Source of the DNA: Phyllobates terribilis
Taxonomy: Eukaryota
Assembly (NCBI RefSeq): GCF_046119375.1
Contig: NW_027362767.1
Span: 421,166,001-421,230,000, forward strand
DNA: 64,000 nucleotides
Direction: 5' to 3'
A model generated the notes under the pieces. The model was not told where the DNA came from and made no database searches. It saw nothing but the letters and a program-made list of their open reading frames with translations. Position numbers and translations under genes: made by a program. Every line of letters begins with the position of its first letter. Within the stretch, counting starts at the first letter, position 1. This document shows positions 45,973-59,281 of the stretch, piece after piece.

Positions 45973-48900
45973 ATGGAGAAGGCAGAGGCCATATTGAACC
46001 ACACCCTGGAGATCATCTGCCTCCTGACTACAGAGGTGAGGAGCCACGTATTACCGTGCCCGGGAGTACACGGCCCCCGACTGTGCCTGAAGAGATGGCC
46101 ACCTTTTGAGGGGCATGTATTTTATGCATTTGCTTCTTATCAAAAACCTTCCTCTACAGCCTCGGTATCTCACTGTCTATAGCTGCCTGCAGAGTGATGT
46201 AACTGAGAATCCATCAGTGAGCTCTCTCTGCTGGGATAGTTTATATCCTCTCCACTGATCTTTGAGGCCAAGAAGAGCTCGGAAGAAAGAAGAGTCATGG
46301 ACGCTCCCGGCAGAGCGAGCTCACTGACGGCTTCAAGTTCTGTGGCTTACACCAAGTTGAAGGGTAAGTTTGCATCTTTATTACCGGGGGATGGGGGGTA
46401 GTAACTTTGGATCGGAGGGGCACATAAGGAAAATAAAAGCTGTTCCAAAATCAGTGGAGCAGCGGCCATTGGAGGAGAAGCTCCGAAACCATCGCTGGGG
46501 TGAGGACTCCAAAAACGATGAGCAAGACTAGTGAGCAATCCTAGAAAACAGAAGCCGCTCCCTGAATCCTAGACAATGGCTCGGTCAGTGGTTTTATGTC
46601 TCTTCCTCCCAGGATTATATACTTGTGAAGAGAGAGGCCGATGGAGACGAGTGCGTCTACAGCCTCCGCACGGCCGAAGTTCACCACGACGGCCCGGACT
46701 CCTCAGCAACGCCATCGGATCTCTCATTCACCCTCCTGGGATTACAGGACCGAAATCAGAAGAAGATCCTGGAGCTGACCAATCAGATGATCCGGCTGCT
46801 GACCTGTGAGGTGGGGAATTCAGGGCAGAGGATTCTGAAAAAAGCCATTTAAAGGGGTCGTCCAAAAACAGAGCATCCTTCTCTAAAAGCACCAAACACT
46901 CAAAATGTACCATCTTCAGAAAATTTCCCAAGATGGTAAACTTTTCTCTCTATCTAGCATAGGGGAAACCTCATTGATGGCCGGGGGTCTGACCCCCTGT
47001 GTTTGGTGCTCTCCTAAAGCGTAAATGGAGCACAAGTGCTCACACTCAACCTCAATTTTTTTGAGGTCAATGGGTGTCCCTGCTGTCGGACCTTCAGCGA
47101 TCGCAGATAACTTGTACTGTCTGCTCTGTACAAAACCCTTCAAAGCCGGTCCCATCTTGCTGCTTGTTTTTCAGGTGCCCTTAAAGTGTCAAGATGTGGC
47201 GGTTTATTTCTCCAAGGAAGAATGGGAATATCTGGAAGGACACGGAGAACATTACAACTACAAGCGAACGGGCGAAGCCAAAGGTAAGTTGTAGCTCGCA
47301 GGCGGGCGTGACTGTCAGGATTTCTGTTGCCTTCTACAGTTTGACTACTAGTGGCCACTACTGTTCACTTTGATAGTTGTGCTGCAGTTTCACACCTTAC
47401 CACTGGAGGCTGATGTTGTGTGCTGCACTTGCCCTTTACCAAGATGGCGGGTTCTGAATCTATGGAATCCATCTTGTTTCCTGTTTGGGCTTTCTTAAAT
47501 CCGCATGGACCTCTCACTCGTTGCTTGAGTATTGTGTCTATCTATTAGCCTAGTTCCAGTCTCCAGCTCCTGAACATTCTTACCCATACTGTTCTAAATT
47601 CATCTACGGATTGTTTCTTACAACTCCTTGCTAACTTCAAGAACTTCTACCGCTTGCTGTTCCTTCTTGTGCTCCTTTTGGACACTGGTTTCCAGCAGTA
47701 TTACGCCAGTATCGTATCAGTGACTTGGAGCCCGCTGGTCTGATCTGCATCCCAACTACTAAGAAGGCTTGAGGAGGAACACTCCATTTAAAGGGGGTTT
47801 TCCATCTCAACGAACCTGTATAAAAATGGTCACCAAGTAATGCTTGTTAAAGGCATGGTCCCAAAACCGAAACGGATCATATATTCTTGTGATGTGCTTG
47901 TTTGCGGGGGGTCCCATGGGGGTTTGTAGAAATTCATTGTCTAAAGACTGATGGAGATTGTAGGGCTTGGCGATCGGTCAGACCCATATGGAGTAAATGT
48001 CGCAGGAGGGCACATGCACAGACAACACGGGGTCTCATAATCGCTCATGGACCCAGCCCACCCTACTCTATCAGAAACTTTTCTATCACATCAGTGGGCG
48101 ATGAGTTTTGACTTTGAGAAAATCTCTTAATCTCCCGCAGATCCTCTTTCCATGAACCACCAGGACATTGACCGGAGTCTCCCAGCGCAGCACCGTATTA
48201 AAGAGGAGCCGGACACCAGAGAATACGAGGGTAAGGCTCAAACATCGGGAAAGGGGGAAGATTCGCCTGGATCTCCCTGGCAGTCTTCACTCTTGTGGCC
48301 GCCTCAGATATTTCCTGAGCCCCATGACGTCCTGCAAGCTCATTCCCATTCATATCAATGAGTGGCCTGTAACACAGGCCGGGTCCTGCAGAGCGAGAGA
48401 CGTCTTTCTGGCCGAGCATCAGGAATGAGAACACTGGACCCTCTTTTTATCACCTCAGAATTAATCATTGGTTGTATTTTACATTTTTTTTCTCTCTACC
48501 CTTTAGTTAGAAGGAATATCTATGACCCGGGAGACCAGCTCCGCTGATATGTACCATCATTCTGATTTTTAGAAGTTCAGCCGACATGTCTACCCCTGTG
48601 TCATGTGAAGTCTGAGCCTGGGGACGGCGACAATGAGGAGGCAGCGGACAGAATCTACGCAGGTAAAGTCGCCAACAATGTTTAGCAGCCATGTCCTCAG
48701 ACTTGGGCAGGACTGGCATCTGATGTGTATGGGGGGGGGGTCTCCCGAGTTGGGGGAGAGAAGGATCAGACAGTCGGATTATAATTTCCCGATGATTTCT
48801 CCGGGGCAATGATAGATGGCTGTCAGACGGACAAGCACCTTATGTGTAACCATTGCTGTACTGTCCCTTTAGGTTCTCCTCAATGTTTGTCTTCTGTCAT

Positions 48901-50322
48901 AAGTCACATCTCGGAAAAGCCTGACGTCTACAACGCCCGGCTGACTGCACTAGGTAAAATATCTGTATCTGGGTGGTATATAGATGGGAGTCGTCCGATT
49001 ACCTGCATCACCAGCGAGCCGCTGTTTACTTTGCCTACAATCACGAGGGAAATTAAAGGGATTGTCCACTACTTTAAATATGGAATCAGATTGGTTGGTG
49101 TCCAATATCTGGTGCCAAAATCGATCGGCTGGATGTAAATGGTGTATGGTGCCGTCTAACCACAGCTCTATGCACTTACTAGTGGTTGTTTTCGGGTCCT
49201 TCAGTCCAACTCCCATTCACTTCAATAGAAGTTGATCTCCAGTACCTGAGAACGGCCACTACACAGCTCCGTACCTTGCTCACATAGTCAGAGGCGGAGA
49301 TAACAGGTGATCAGTGGGAGTTTTGAGTGTCAGCCCCAACCGATCTGATATCTATGACCCATACTGAGGAAAGACCATCAATATCGAAGTAGTGGACCAT
49401 CCCTTTATGCATTACATGAAGTAACTTTACCATCTGTGTAATGCATGGGCACGCTGGGTCCTCCACAATGGATAATTAATGGGGTCCCTTCCACCTAAAA
49501 GACTCGTTTGTCATCAGTCTGAAATAATTTATTCAGATGGTGGCAGAGGATAAACGTTCTGACTTTTTCCTTTTCTTGCCTCCTTTCCCCCTTTTTCTCC
49601 CCTTCCCCCTTTTCTCCCCTCGCCTCCTATCAGATAATGACTTCATCAAAGATCCGACTGTGAAATCCGAAATAATCTACCAATTAACAGTCACCGATAA
49701 AAGATGCCGAAAATCGAGGTCAGGAGCAAAGACTTCTCCATGTGGGCTGTGCAGGAAAAGATTCTCCAGCAAGGCGTCTCTCAGCCGCCACCTGAAACTT
49801 CACTTGGGGGAGAAGGCATTTCCATGTCACACGTGCGGGAAGAGGTTTTCCTGCAAGAATCATGTGGACGCCCACCTACGGATCCACACCGGGGAGAGAC
49901 CATTCTCCTGCGCGGAGTGTGGACGGAGATTCACAAACCATTCCCATCTGGTGCTCCACAAGGTCGTCCACACCAAAGAGAAGCCGTACACGTGTCCAGT
50001 TTGCGGGAGAGGATTCACTAGGCAATCAAGTGTGGTCAAGCACGCTGGGATCCATGCGGAAAAGAAACCATTCGTGTGCAACGAGTGCGGCAAAAGTTAC
50101 TGCCAGTATGCTAACTTGGTGGTCCACAAACGATTGCATTCTGGGGAGAAGCCGTTCTCCTGCAAACATTGCGAGAAAGGGTTTATCTGTAAAGCCACCA
50201 TGCAGAGGCACGAGCTGTCACACACTGGAGAGAAGCCGTTCGCCTGTCCCCAGTGCGAGAAGTGTTTCGTTGACAACTCAACTCTCAACAAACACAAACG
50301 GAGAGTCCACATCAATTCCTAG
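45973..50322 (+). CDS. ZNF-C: 439-aa FAX-type/KRAB-A-like C2H2 zinc-finger protein (Xenopus oocyte zinc-finger-like), 7 coding exons, 7 fingers
   Basis: Exons 45973(ATG; acceptor 45930)-46035, 46613-46810, 47175-47283, 48141-48230, 48573-48662, 48873-48953, 49634-50322; sum 1320 nt, in frame, all GT-AG. Boxes ILNHTLEIICLLTTE, KKILELTNQMIRLLTCE, VPLKCQDVAVYFSKEEWEYLEGH; seven tandem C2H2 fingers; AATAAA ~50629. Confidence 0.92.
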
Positions 50323-51210
50323 CAGACCAACGGTGGCAGCTTGCTGGGAGAGAGGAGACGTGAGGCCACAACATGGCATTATGTGTAATGACTGCTCTGC
50401 TTGGGGGTCCTTGAAGAGAATGAAGAGCCCGCGATGAGTAGACTAGACAGTAGTATGGTATCTTCTCGACAGAGAGCCCCGGTGGTCGACTGGTTGGTCT
50501 GGAGGAGCCTCAACTTGGCCAAGGTCTTGGGATGTATCAACAATTACGTGATGTTTTTCAGAAAGGTCATAATTTGGATTGGATTTTTCTTTCCAGTGTA
50601 AATCACTGTTTCTGTTCCAAAGATATAAAATAAAATAAAATTATGTTAAATCACTGTGTGTTGTATCATCGAGAGGGGACAGGGGGTAAACGGGACCAGA
50701 GTTACCCAAGTAGGTAGATCGAAGGCAGGAAACAACAATGACTCGGTGCAACACGGCTCTCTGCAGATGGGAGGCGTTTTGGAGTTGATCCACTTCAAAA
50801 ATGGTTTACAAACTCTTGAAAGACTCTTCGCTTCTCTTGTAAAAAAAACGCTTTGGTCACATGTTCAATCTTTTGAGCGTTTTTAGGCTTCTGCTTCAAG
50901 TTTTGCAAAACCTCTGGTGGATGGGGAAAGAAAAAGTGCACGTCACGTCTTCATAGCGGCTTTTCATGGAATTCGCTCCACACTACGCACCATCCAATCA
51001 AAAGGCTCCTAGAAAACCTTTAGGGAGAAAAATAACTTTCCAAAAAGTTCTAGGAATCTAATAACTCTCCCAAAAAATAAAAGTTCCTGACGTGGTTTCC
51101 ATGAAACCTGTGTTAACATGGCCGAAAAAAGTAGTAGGATGTTGCCATCATGTCTCAGAGTTCTTTCTAGATTGCTCGCCCGATAGTAGCCATACAAAGA
51201 GGCCTGACAC

Positions 51211-52260
51211 TAACACATTCACCCCTGGCCATTTTCCGTTTTTGACCTTTCGTGTTTTGCTCCCCTTCCTCCCAGAGTCATAACTTTTTTTTTTTTATTG
51301 GTCAATATGGCCATGTGAGGGTGTTTTTTGCCGGACGAGTTGTACTTTAGAACGACACCCTTGGTTTTACCATATCATGTACTGGAAAACGGGGAAAAAA
51401 TTCCAAGTACGGTGAAATTGCAAAAAAAAAAGTGCAATTACACAGTCGTGGGTTGTTTTTTTTTTTTTTTTTTACCGTGTTCACTGAATGCTAAAACTGA
51501 CCTGCCATTATTATTCTCCAGGTCATTACGAGTTCGTAGATACCAAACATGTATAGGTTATTTTTTTTATTTAAGTGGTGAAAAAAAATACAAAGTTTGT
51601 TAAAAAAAAAGTCGCCATTTTCTGAGACCCGTAGCGTCTCCATTTTTCGGGTTCTGGGGCCGGGTGATGGCTTAATGATTGCGCCCTGAGCTGACGTTTT
51701 TTTTAATGAGATCACCTTGAGGTAGATGCGATGTTTTGATCACCCGTTATTACATTTTATTGTAGTGTTGCGGCAACCAAAAAAAAACGTAATTCTGGCG
51801 TATTGATTTTAATTTTCACATTACGCCGTTTAACCGATCGGATTAATTCTTTTTATATATCGATAGATCGGGCGATTCTGAATGTGGCGATACCAAATAT
51901 GTGTATATTTGATTTTTTTTTTTTCTGTTTTATTTTGAAGGGGGCGAAAGTGGGGTGATTTAAACTTTTTTTTATATATATTTTTTTTCATATTTTTAAA
52001 ACCATTTCTTTTTTACTTGCTGCAATAGTCTCCATGCGAGACTAGAAGCTGCGATCATCAGGTTGCCTGTGTCTAGCAGAAATGATCACTTGCTATAAGT
52101 GCCGACCACTGGTCATGCCAATCCATCGGCGACCGGTGGTCGTCTGACATGGGCTCCGATGGGCAGGACTAGTGACGTCCTTCCTCCGTAGCCATGTTTA
52201 AATGCCGCTGTCAGCGGCATTTAACTTAACAGCTGCGGGAAGATCGCGATTCCACCCGCG
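51211..52260. mobile_element. Non-autonomous TTAA-family element (relative of 36203-37286)
   Basis: Shared blocks CCCAGAGTCATAACTTTTT, GGACGAGTTGTAC, AATTCCAAGT.CGGTGAAATTGCAAAAAAA; right end unclear. Confidence 0.65.
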
Positions 52261-52269
52261 GCTGTTAGG

Positions 52270-53200
52270 GGCGTGTGACAGTAACCCTGTTACTGCCTCG
52301 TTGACTGAATTATCAGTTTACAACACAGAAATTCAGGTTCTGAAATAGAAAGTAATTACTGTGAGCCGGGTCTGGACTGTAGAGTGGACGGTAAAGCTCC
52401 ATGAAGACACATTCACTGTGAGCTCGCGCATTGTGGTGGAGCAGCAACACACCTGCGTCGTTTCTCTGTGGTTCCTCACATTACGCCTTCACTGTTATAG
52501 CAGAGGGGTCTCCAGTAATTGTCTTGTGTGGCATGAATTCTAGTAATAAAACGCCTTCTGTATCCTGAAAAACTGTTGCCATGATCTTTCCAGCTGCCGG
52601 CTTGACAAAATTTCTTTGGAGTTGGTGACTCCTTGTCCTTCCAGTGCGTGGACTCTTGTTCGGTTTCAGGATCATGGTGGTGGGCCCATGTTTTATCAAT
52701 CGTAATAATTCGAGAGTAGAAGTCTCCTGGATTTTCTCTAAGCATGCCTAAATTCTCTTGGCTAAATTGCTGGCTTCTACATTCATGGGAACTGACCTTT
52801 CACATCATCAAAACTTCATGAATGATGGTGGAAACCGTGCAGGCAAAAGAAATTGGTGACCGGTGACCCCCCCCCCCTACTTGTGCTTCCATTGCATGGA
52901 CTCTTGTTTTGTCTCAGGATCATGGTTTTATCACCCATAATAAATTGATAATAGTAGTCTTTTGGATTGTCTCGAAGCATGGCTAAATTGCTTGTGCCGT
53001 CTTTTTTTTTTTTTGTTCAGGCATCAACATTTGTGGCAACCACCAGGAACTGACCTTCGACATCATGAATGCTACTGGAAACCGTGCCTACGGAAATGCC
53101 TAATTCATGACCTATCACACTTACACACATGGTCCCCACTTTACAGCACAATTCCACTTAAGATACTTTGATGGGTCACCCTGAACGTGGGTCATCTTTA
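52270..53200 (-). pseudogene. Degenerate mariner-type transposase relic with a partial tandem duplication
   Basis: Frameshifted SRIITIDKTWAHHHDPETEQESTHWKDKESPTPKKF / AGKIMATVFQDTEGVLLLEF; more decayed second copy ~52880-53110. Confidence 0.8.
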
Positions 53201-53899
53201 ATTGATTTCCTACCCCGTGTAAACTGCTTGGCCCAAAACTTTACTTGATAGTAGGAAGGTGTATTCATCACCATATGGAGCAATCATCCTTTCATGGACT
53301 TCTCTAGGCTTCTTTTCTTCCTTTGTAAGGAATTTAATCAAGAAAACAAAGCTCCAAATCCCTTAGTTTCCTGGTAGAGCCGCACTGTACTGCACTTGCC
53401 ACCCTGTCACTTCCACTGCTTTCATCAGACTGAACTTCTATTGTGTCTTTTGCAAATGTGTCTCAACATGCACAGAAAAGCAAAAAAAAAAAAAGCCTAC
53501 CAATCAGTGATGTAACCTGTGCTTGTCATATGGCCACTCAAGAAACCATGTTGTGTTGCGTCCCCTGAGGCTCGCCGACTATTTCACCTGCAAGTTCTCT
53601 AAAGTTTCTGCACAACAGGTGACGTCTGTTGTTTCTACAATCCTTGACGTTGAAATTGCAACCAAAAAGGACAAGCTGTAGGGTTCTGCAAACCGAGAAA
53701 GTAGCCGGATTCGCTAACATGCTGAAAAGTCTCAAGCACTGAGATCCAATCTGTCATGTTGTAGGGAAATAAAAGACAGATTGAAATGCTTTTTTTAGCC
53801 TCTCGAAACCTCAACAATCGGATTATGTCATGTAGGATGATTGTGCGAGGTGTCCTATTTGTCAAAGTACCCATCATCGCCACTTGTCAAATCTGACAA

Positions 53900-55008
53900 T
53901 ATATTTAATATATTTATTAATGATCTAGTGGAAGGGTTGCATAGTAAAATAGCAATATTTGCAGATGATACTAAACTTTGTAAAGTAGTTAATACAGATG
54001 AGGATAGGGCACAGCTACAGGAGGATTTAGATAAATTGGGGAGTTGGGCCAAAAAATGGCAAATGGGGTTCAATGCCGATAAATGTAAGGTCATGCACAT
54101 GGGAAAGAAAAACAGCAGTCACACATACATATTAAATGGGAAACCGTTGGGGAAATCTGACATGGAGAAGGACCTGGGCGTCTTGGTTAACAGCAAATTA
54201 AATTGGAGTGCCCAGTGTCAGGCAGCAGCTGCGAAGGCAAATAGAGTCATGGCATGCATCAGAAGAGGAATAGGGGCATATGATGAGAACATTGTTCTTC
54301 CTCTGTATAAAGCTCTGGTAAGGCCGCACTTAGAATATTGTGCACAGTTCTGGGCTCCGGTGCTCAGGAAAGACATATTGGAGCTAGAGAGGGTACAAAG
54401 GAGGGCGACTAAGGTAATAAAGGGAATGGAGGGACTAGAATACCCAGAGAGGTTGTCCAAATTAGGCCTATTTACGTTGGAAAAGAGAAGGCTTAGGGGA
54501 GACCTCATAAACATGTATAAATACATCAGGGGGCTGTACAGAGATCTCTCCCATGACCTGTTTATACCAAGGATGGTGACAAAGACGAGGGGGCACACTA
54601 TGCGTCTGGAGGAAAGGAGGTTCCTGCACCAGCATAGAAGGGGATTCTTTACGGTCAGAGCTGTGAGACTCTGGAACTCTCTGGGAGAGGAAGTGGTGAT
54701 GTCCAACTCACTTAATGAGTTCAAGAGAGGCCTGGACGCCTTTCTGGAGAACAATAAAATTACATCTTATGCTTAGTGATAGTTAATTAATCCAGGGATT
54801 TAATCTGACTGCCAGATTGGTGTCGGGAAGTGAATTTTTCCTCAATGATGTAAATTGGCCTATACCGCATGTTTTTTTTTTGTTTTTTTTGCCTTGCCCT
54901 GGATCAACGCTGCGGAATAGCTGCAGTGCACAAGAAATAGGCTGAACTGGATGGACGCTTGTCTTTTTTTGGCCTTATAAACTATGTAACTATGTCTATG
55001 TAACTATG
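53900..55008 (+). mobile_element. 5'-truncated CR1-clade LINE; RT C-terminus open to TAG at 54776
   Basis: IFNIFINDL, IFADDTKL, EKDLGVLV, LYKALVRPHLEYCAQFWAP, LEKRRLRGDLI; 3' tail (TAACTATG)n at ~54978-55008. Confidence 0.95.
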
Positions 55009-55009
55009 A

Positions 55010-55740
55010 GACAGAGGCCTTGGTTTATCACTCATGCAGATGGCAATGCGCTAGATGCCAGTGCTGTTTATGGTTGTGTGTCCGGGTGTTTAGGAGAACA
55101 ATGACCACCTCGAATGGCAGAAAGAAGTCTACAGAGGTGAATCTCTGTGCGGATGGATCATCGGATTACAAGAATGGTGCATAGTGATCCATCCTGGGCT
55201 GCAGGTGAAATTAGACCTCACATACCGAGCCTAAGGCATCTGAAGGGACTATGAGCCAGACGTACAACTACAGGTGGCCATTGACCTCAAGCCATAGCTC
55301 TCAAAGCTTTTCATGGTGGAACAAGACAGTCATTGAGGTCTCTCCTTTTTATTATCCCGATGTCTCGGACACAATGAGAGCAGATTGGGCTGCAGACTAC
55401 ATGTCCAATGCCACGAAGAAGCTGTAATGAGAGAACGTCAGATCCTACTCCCAGAATTATGGTGTGGGGTGACGTAATATACAGTAACCTGACCCTTCTA
55501 GCAATTTACCAACACCTCTCCAGGTCTAATGTTGCTTGTGCTACTGTGAGCAGTCTACATGATCTAAACCTGCTCCCGTGGCTGCAGCATCTCCGGACTT
55601 GTCTCCATCGAGCACATCTGGGACGTCATTGGTCGCTGATTACACCAGGGCAGCCAGCAGAGGATCTTGATGATTTTCCCAAGTGCATTCAGCGGCAGAA
55701 CCTTCCTCAGACAACATTAATAACCTCAGTGACAGCAGCC
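55010..55740 (+). mobile_element. Highly degraded Tc1-like fragment
   Basis: Relic PRIMVWG and LLPWLQHLRTCLHRAHLGRHW (frameshifted LLPWP..SPDLSPIEH.W). Confidence 0.65.
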
Positions 55741-56069
55741 AAGGCTGGAAGTGCCGGGATTTCTGCACGAGGCTCAGACCCCAGACCGAAGAAATCCAAA
55801 GGTTTTGAATGTTGTTTAATTTTTTTCCTCATTTGCAGGTCAGTGAGTGATCGCCAGAATTCTACGACTTTTCCTTCTTCATGTTGCAATTTCCATGACA
55901 AGAAGTGTACAAGATACATAATGTGCAAATCACTGTTTAAAATTGTCATATTACATCAGAAAATCCCTCCAAGGCCCCAGCCACTAAGTGTCTCTGCTTA
56001 GTCTTCTTGATCACTGCCTGTTGTCAAGTGTAATCCATCTCTAGCTGCGGAGACACAGAGATGGAGTAC

Positions 56070-57000
56070 AGGAAGCGGGGGTGGGGCTCTGTCCCTACAG
56101 GAAGTGGGAGCAGGGCTCTGCCTACAGGAGGCGGGGCTTTGTCTCTGCAGGAAGTCGATGGGGCTCTGCCTACAGGAGGAGGGGCTTTGTCTCTACAGGA
56201 AGTGAGGATTGTGCATCTAGAGTAAGCAGGAGTGGCGCTTTCTCGCTACAGGAAGCGGGACTTTGTATCTACAGCAAGCAGGAGTGGGACCTTGTTTCTG
56301 CAGGAAGTGGGGCTTTGCATCTCCAGCAAGGAGGGGTGGGACCTTGTTTCTGCAGGAAGTGGGGCTTTGCATCTCCAGCAAGCAGGGGTGGGACCTTGTT
56401 TCTGCAGGAAGTGGGGCTTTGCATCTCCAGCGAGCAGCGGTGGGACCTTGTTTCTGCAGGAAGTGGGGCTTTGCATCTACAGCGAGCAGCGGTGGGACCT
56501 TGTTTCTGCTGGAAGTGGGGCTTTGCATCTCCAGCAAGCAGGGGTGGGACCTTGTTTCTGCAGGAAGTGGGGCTTTGCATCTACAGTAAACAGCGGTGGG
56601 ACCTTGTAGCTACAGTAAGCAGGGGTGGGACCTTGTTTCTGCAGGAAGTGGGGCTTTGCATCTACAGCAAGCAGGGGTGGGACCTTGTTTCTGCAGGAAG
56701 TGGGGCTTTGCATCTACAGTAAACAGCGGTGGGACCTTGTAGCTACAGTAAGCAGGGGTGGGACCTTGTTTCTGCAGGAAGTGGGGCTTTGCATCTACAG
56801 AAAGCAGCGGTGGGACCTTGTTTCTGCAGGAAGTGGGGCTTTGCATCTACAGCAAGCAGGGGTGGGACCTTGTTTCTGCAGGAAGTGGGGCTTTGCATCT
56901 ACAGTAAGCAGGGGTGGGACTCTACAGTAAGTGGAGGTTGAGCTTTGTATTTACAGGAAGTGGGGTGGGGTTTGTTTCTAGAGGAAGCAGGGTCACGGCT
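56070..57000. repeat. 52-bp minisatellite (~17 copies)
   Basis: Unit AGCAAGCAGGGGTGGGACCTTGTTTCTGCAGGAAGTGGGGCTTTGCATCT(C/A)C. Confidence 0.95.
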
Positions 57001-59281
57001 TTGTATCTACAGTAAACACAGGTGGGGCTTGGTCTCTGTGTCTCCTCTCTTGTTAAGCTTAATAGAAGCAGACCAGAAAGTCAGCGTTCAGTTCAGGACA
57101 GGTAAGCCATTGGACAATGACAGTCACATTGAATGCTGAGAAGTTGGAGAAAAGAAAGTTCCAGAACTTATAGTGCTGGTGAAGAGGAGCATCCCACTCA
57201 AGAAGAGTCGGTGACAGGTTATAAAGCAAAGGAATGGTGACAGTGCCTGGACATAAACTGATAAGTGCACCAAAAGCAGTTTTGCGTTGCGAGGGATGAA
57301 GACGGGGACGATCATGTTACTGTGGTTCTCAGGGCTGTCACAATCTCCTAATGTTAAGGTCTCGATAGGACGAGATCGGAGCAGCTGTCAATCGCTTCTG
57401 TCGGCATAAGAGCGGCCATGTCTGACCCGGTCCCGGAGGAAAAAGTGCAGGTCGTGGACCCTTCACTTCTGAGCAGTGATTCTTTTATTTTATTGGACCT
57501 TTTAATTACAAAAAAAGTCTAATCGAAGTCTTACAAAAGAAATAAAACATTTTTAAGCACTTTTCATTGTATAGAATTACAAAAAATGCAAATGATCAAA
57601 TCTTCCTCCTACAAGACCCCGCCCCCTGCTTAACATAGGACCACTCATAAACCACACAAAATGCAGGACAGAAAAACCAACGTCCGATGCCATCACATCC
57701 TGAAGAATGTGCAGGGAGCTCCCCCTAGTGGTGGTTCCAGAAGGCCACATTATCATTCCACGCTCTGGTTTATATGAAGGCAGCTCTGACCCGTATCATA
57801 TTCTGCCAATGATGGTTTAAAACATGATAAATAAAAAAAATAGAAGCCACACAACATCCGGCTGCTGCCATATTACAATGTTTCCATGTGACTAGCGCCA
57901 GGAGGGAAAGGAGGTGCAGAAACTCCCACCAAAAAAAATGCAGCAATAATTAAGTACACCCTCTCCACTCCGTTACCACAGTGCCCTCTAGTGGTCAATG
58001 TGAGAACTGTAGGAATAACAAAAGTGATTTTTTTTCTCTACATCGAGGTTGTAGGTTTAACTCTTGCAAATATTGTAGCTTCATTCCAGATCTCTGGGAC
58101 TTTTTTTTACATTTTCAGCTCAGATTATCATTGACCATCATTATAGAAGCCATCCAGGGCTTTGATATTAATCAGGGGGGTGGCGGATTTTGGACTTCTA
58201 TCACTCGGCTATTACCTGGACCCATTGCTGTTGGAAATGCAGAGTCCTGTTCACTGTCGCCGTTCTAGGTACTGCAGCTCATCGCCTGCAATAGTGAATG
58301 TCATCAGAACTGCAGTACCCGGGAAGGACCACTAGATGGAGTACAGAGCTGAGCTGTTCTGCTGGATCTGGCAAAAACTGATCATAGGGGGTGTGAGGGT
58401 CCTACTTTTCCACGAATGTGACATTGATGACCTAACGTAAGGATTGTTTATCCATATCCGAGTTCTAGACAACCTTTGATTTTCTACTTTTTACGTAAAA
58501 CATAAGTTTTGCCTTTTTTTTTAGTCCAATTTTAAATCCATTTTGTTCCTTAATGGGGTTGTCTTCAAATTACAATTTACAAAGGGCTGATTGATAGCGA
58601 GAACCAGGGTGCCAGCGCTGGGCTCGGCGCCCTCTGGGAGCCAGCGCTGGGCTCGGCGCCCTCAGGCTGTCAGTCCCATAGACAATGAATGGGACCCCTC
58701 TTCTCGTGAGTCCCTGAAGTGGAGCCCCCTGCAATCGCACACTTATTGCCTATCTAAAAAGAGGTGGGGGAGAAGTTGTAATGGTGGACAACCCCTTTAA
58801 GGGCAGCTCATTTATCTTCTCTTCCTGCAGAACGATCAGTAAATGTGAGTCCTTAAGTCAGCTTTGTCCAAGGAAGTTCCCGATTGTGGAAGGTTGGGTG
58901 CCGGCCCATCGGGCGACCTGCACAGCGCCCACCCAGCTTTTCGATAGTCCTCTATACAATGATACACATCTTAACTGGTCTGTTTCAGCACTCGGGAGAA
59001 GCGGGGTGTACAACAGAGGATTAAAGCATTGATATGGATGCAGGATAATGATCTCAGCTCCAGCAGGGACCCCATGATTGATTACAGGCATGGAGGCAGG
59101 CCATTGTCTCTTTACAGCAGGTGAGCTATAGTTCCAGCACCCATAATGCTGGCAGAATGCCGACGAAGAGAAGCAGTCCACTAGCAAAAAAAAAATGGCT
59201 GCCAGATTAGAGTGTGAGAATTAAGATGATTCCTGGAAATATCAGACAAGGACTTGAGGACAGAAAGAAAAATGCCTATTT

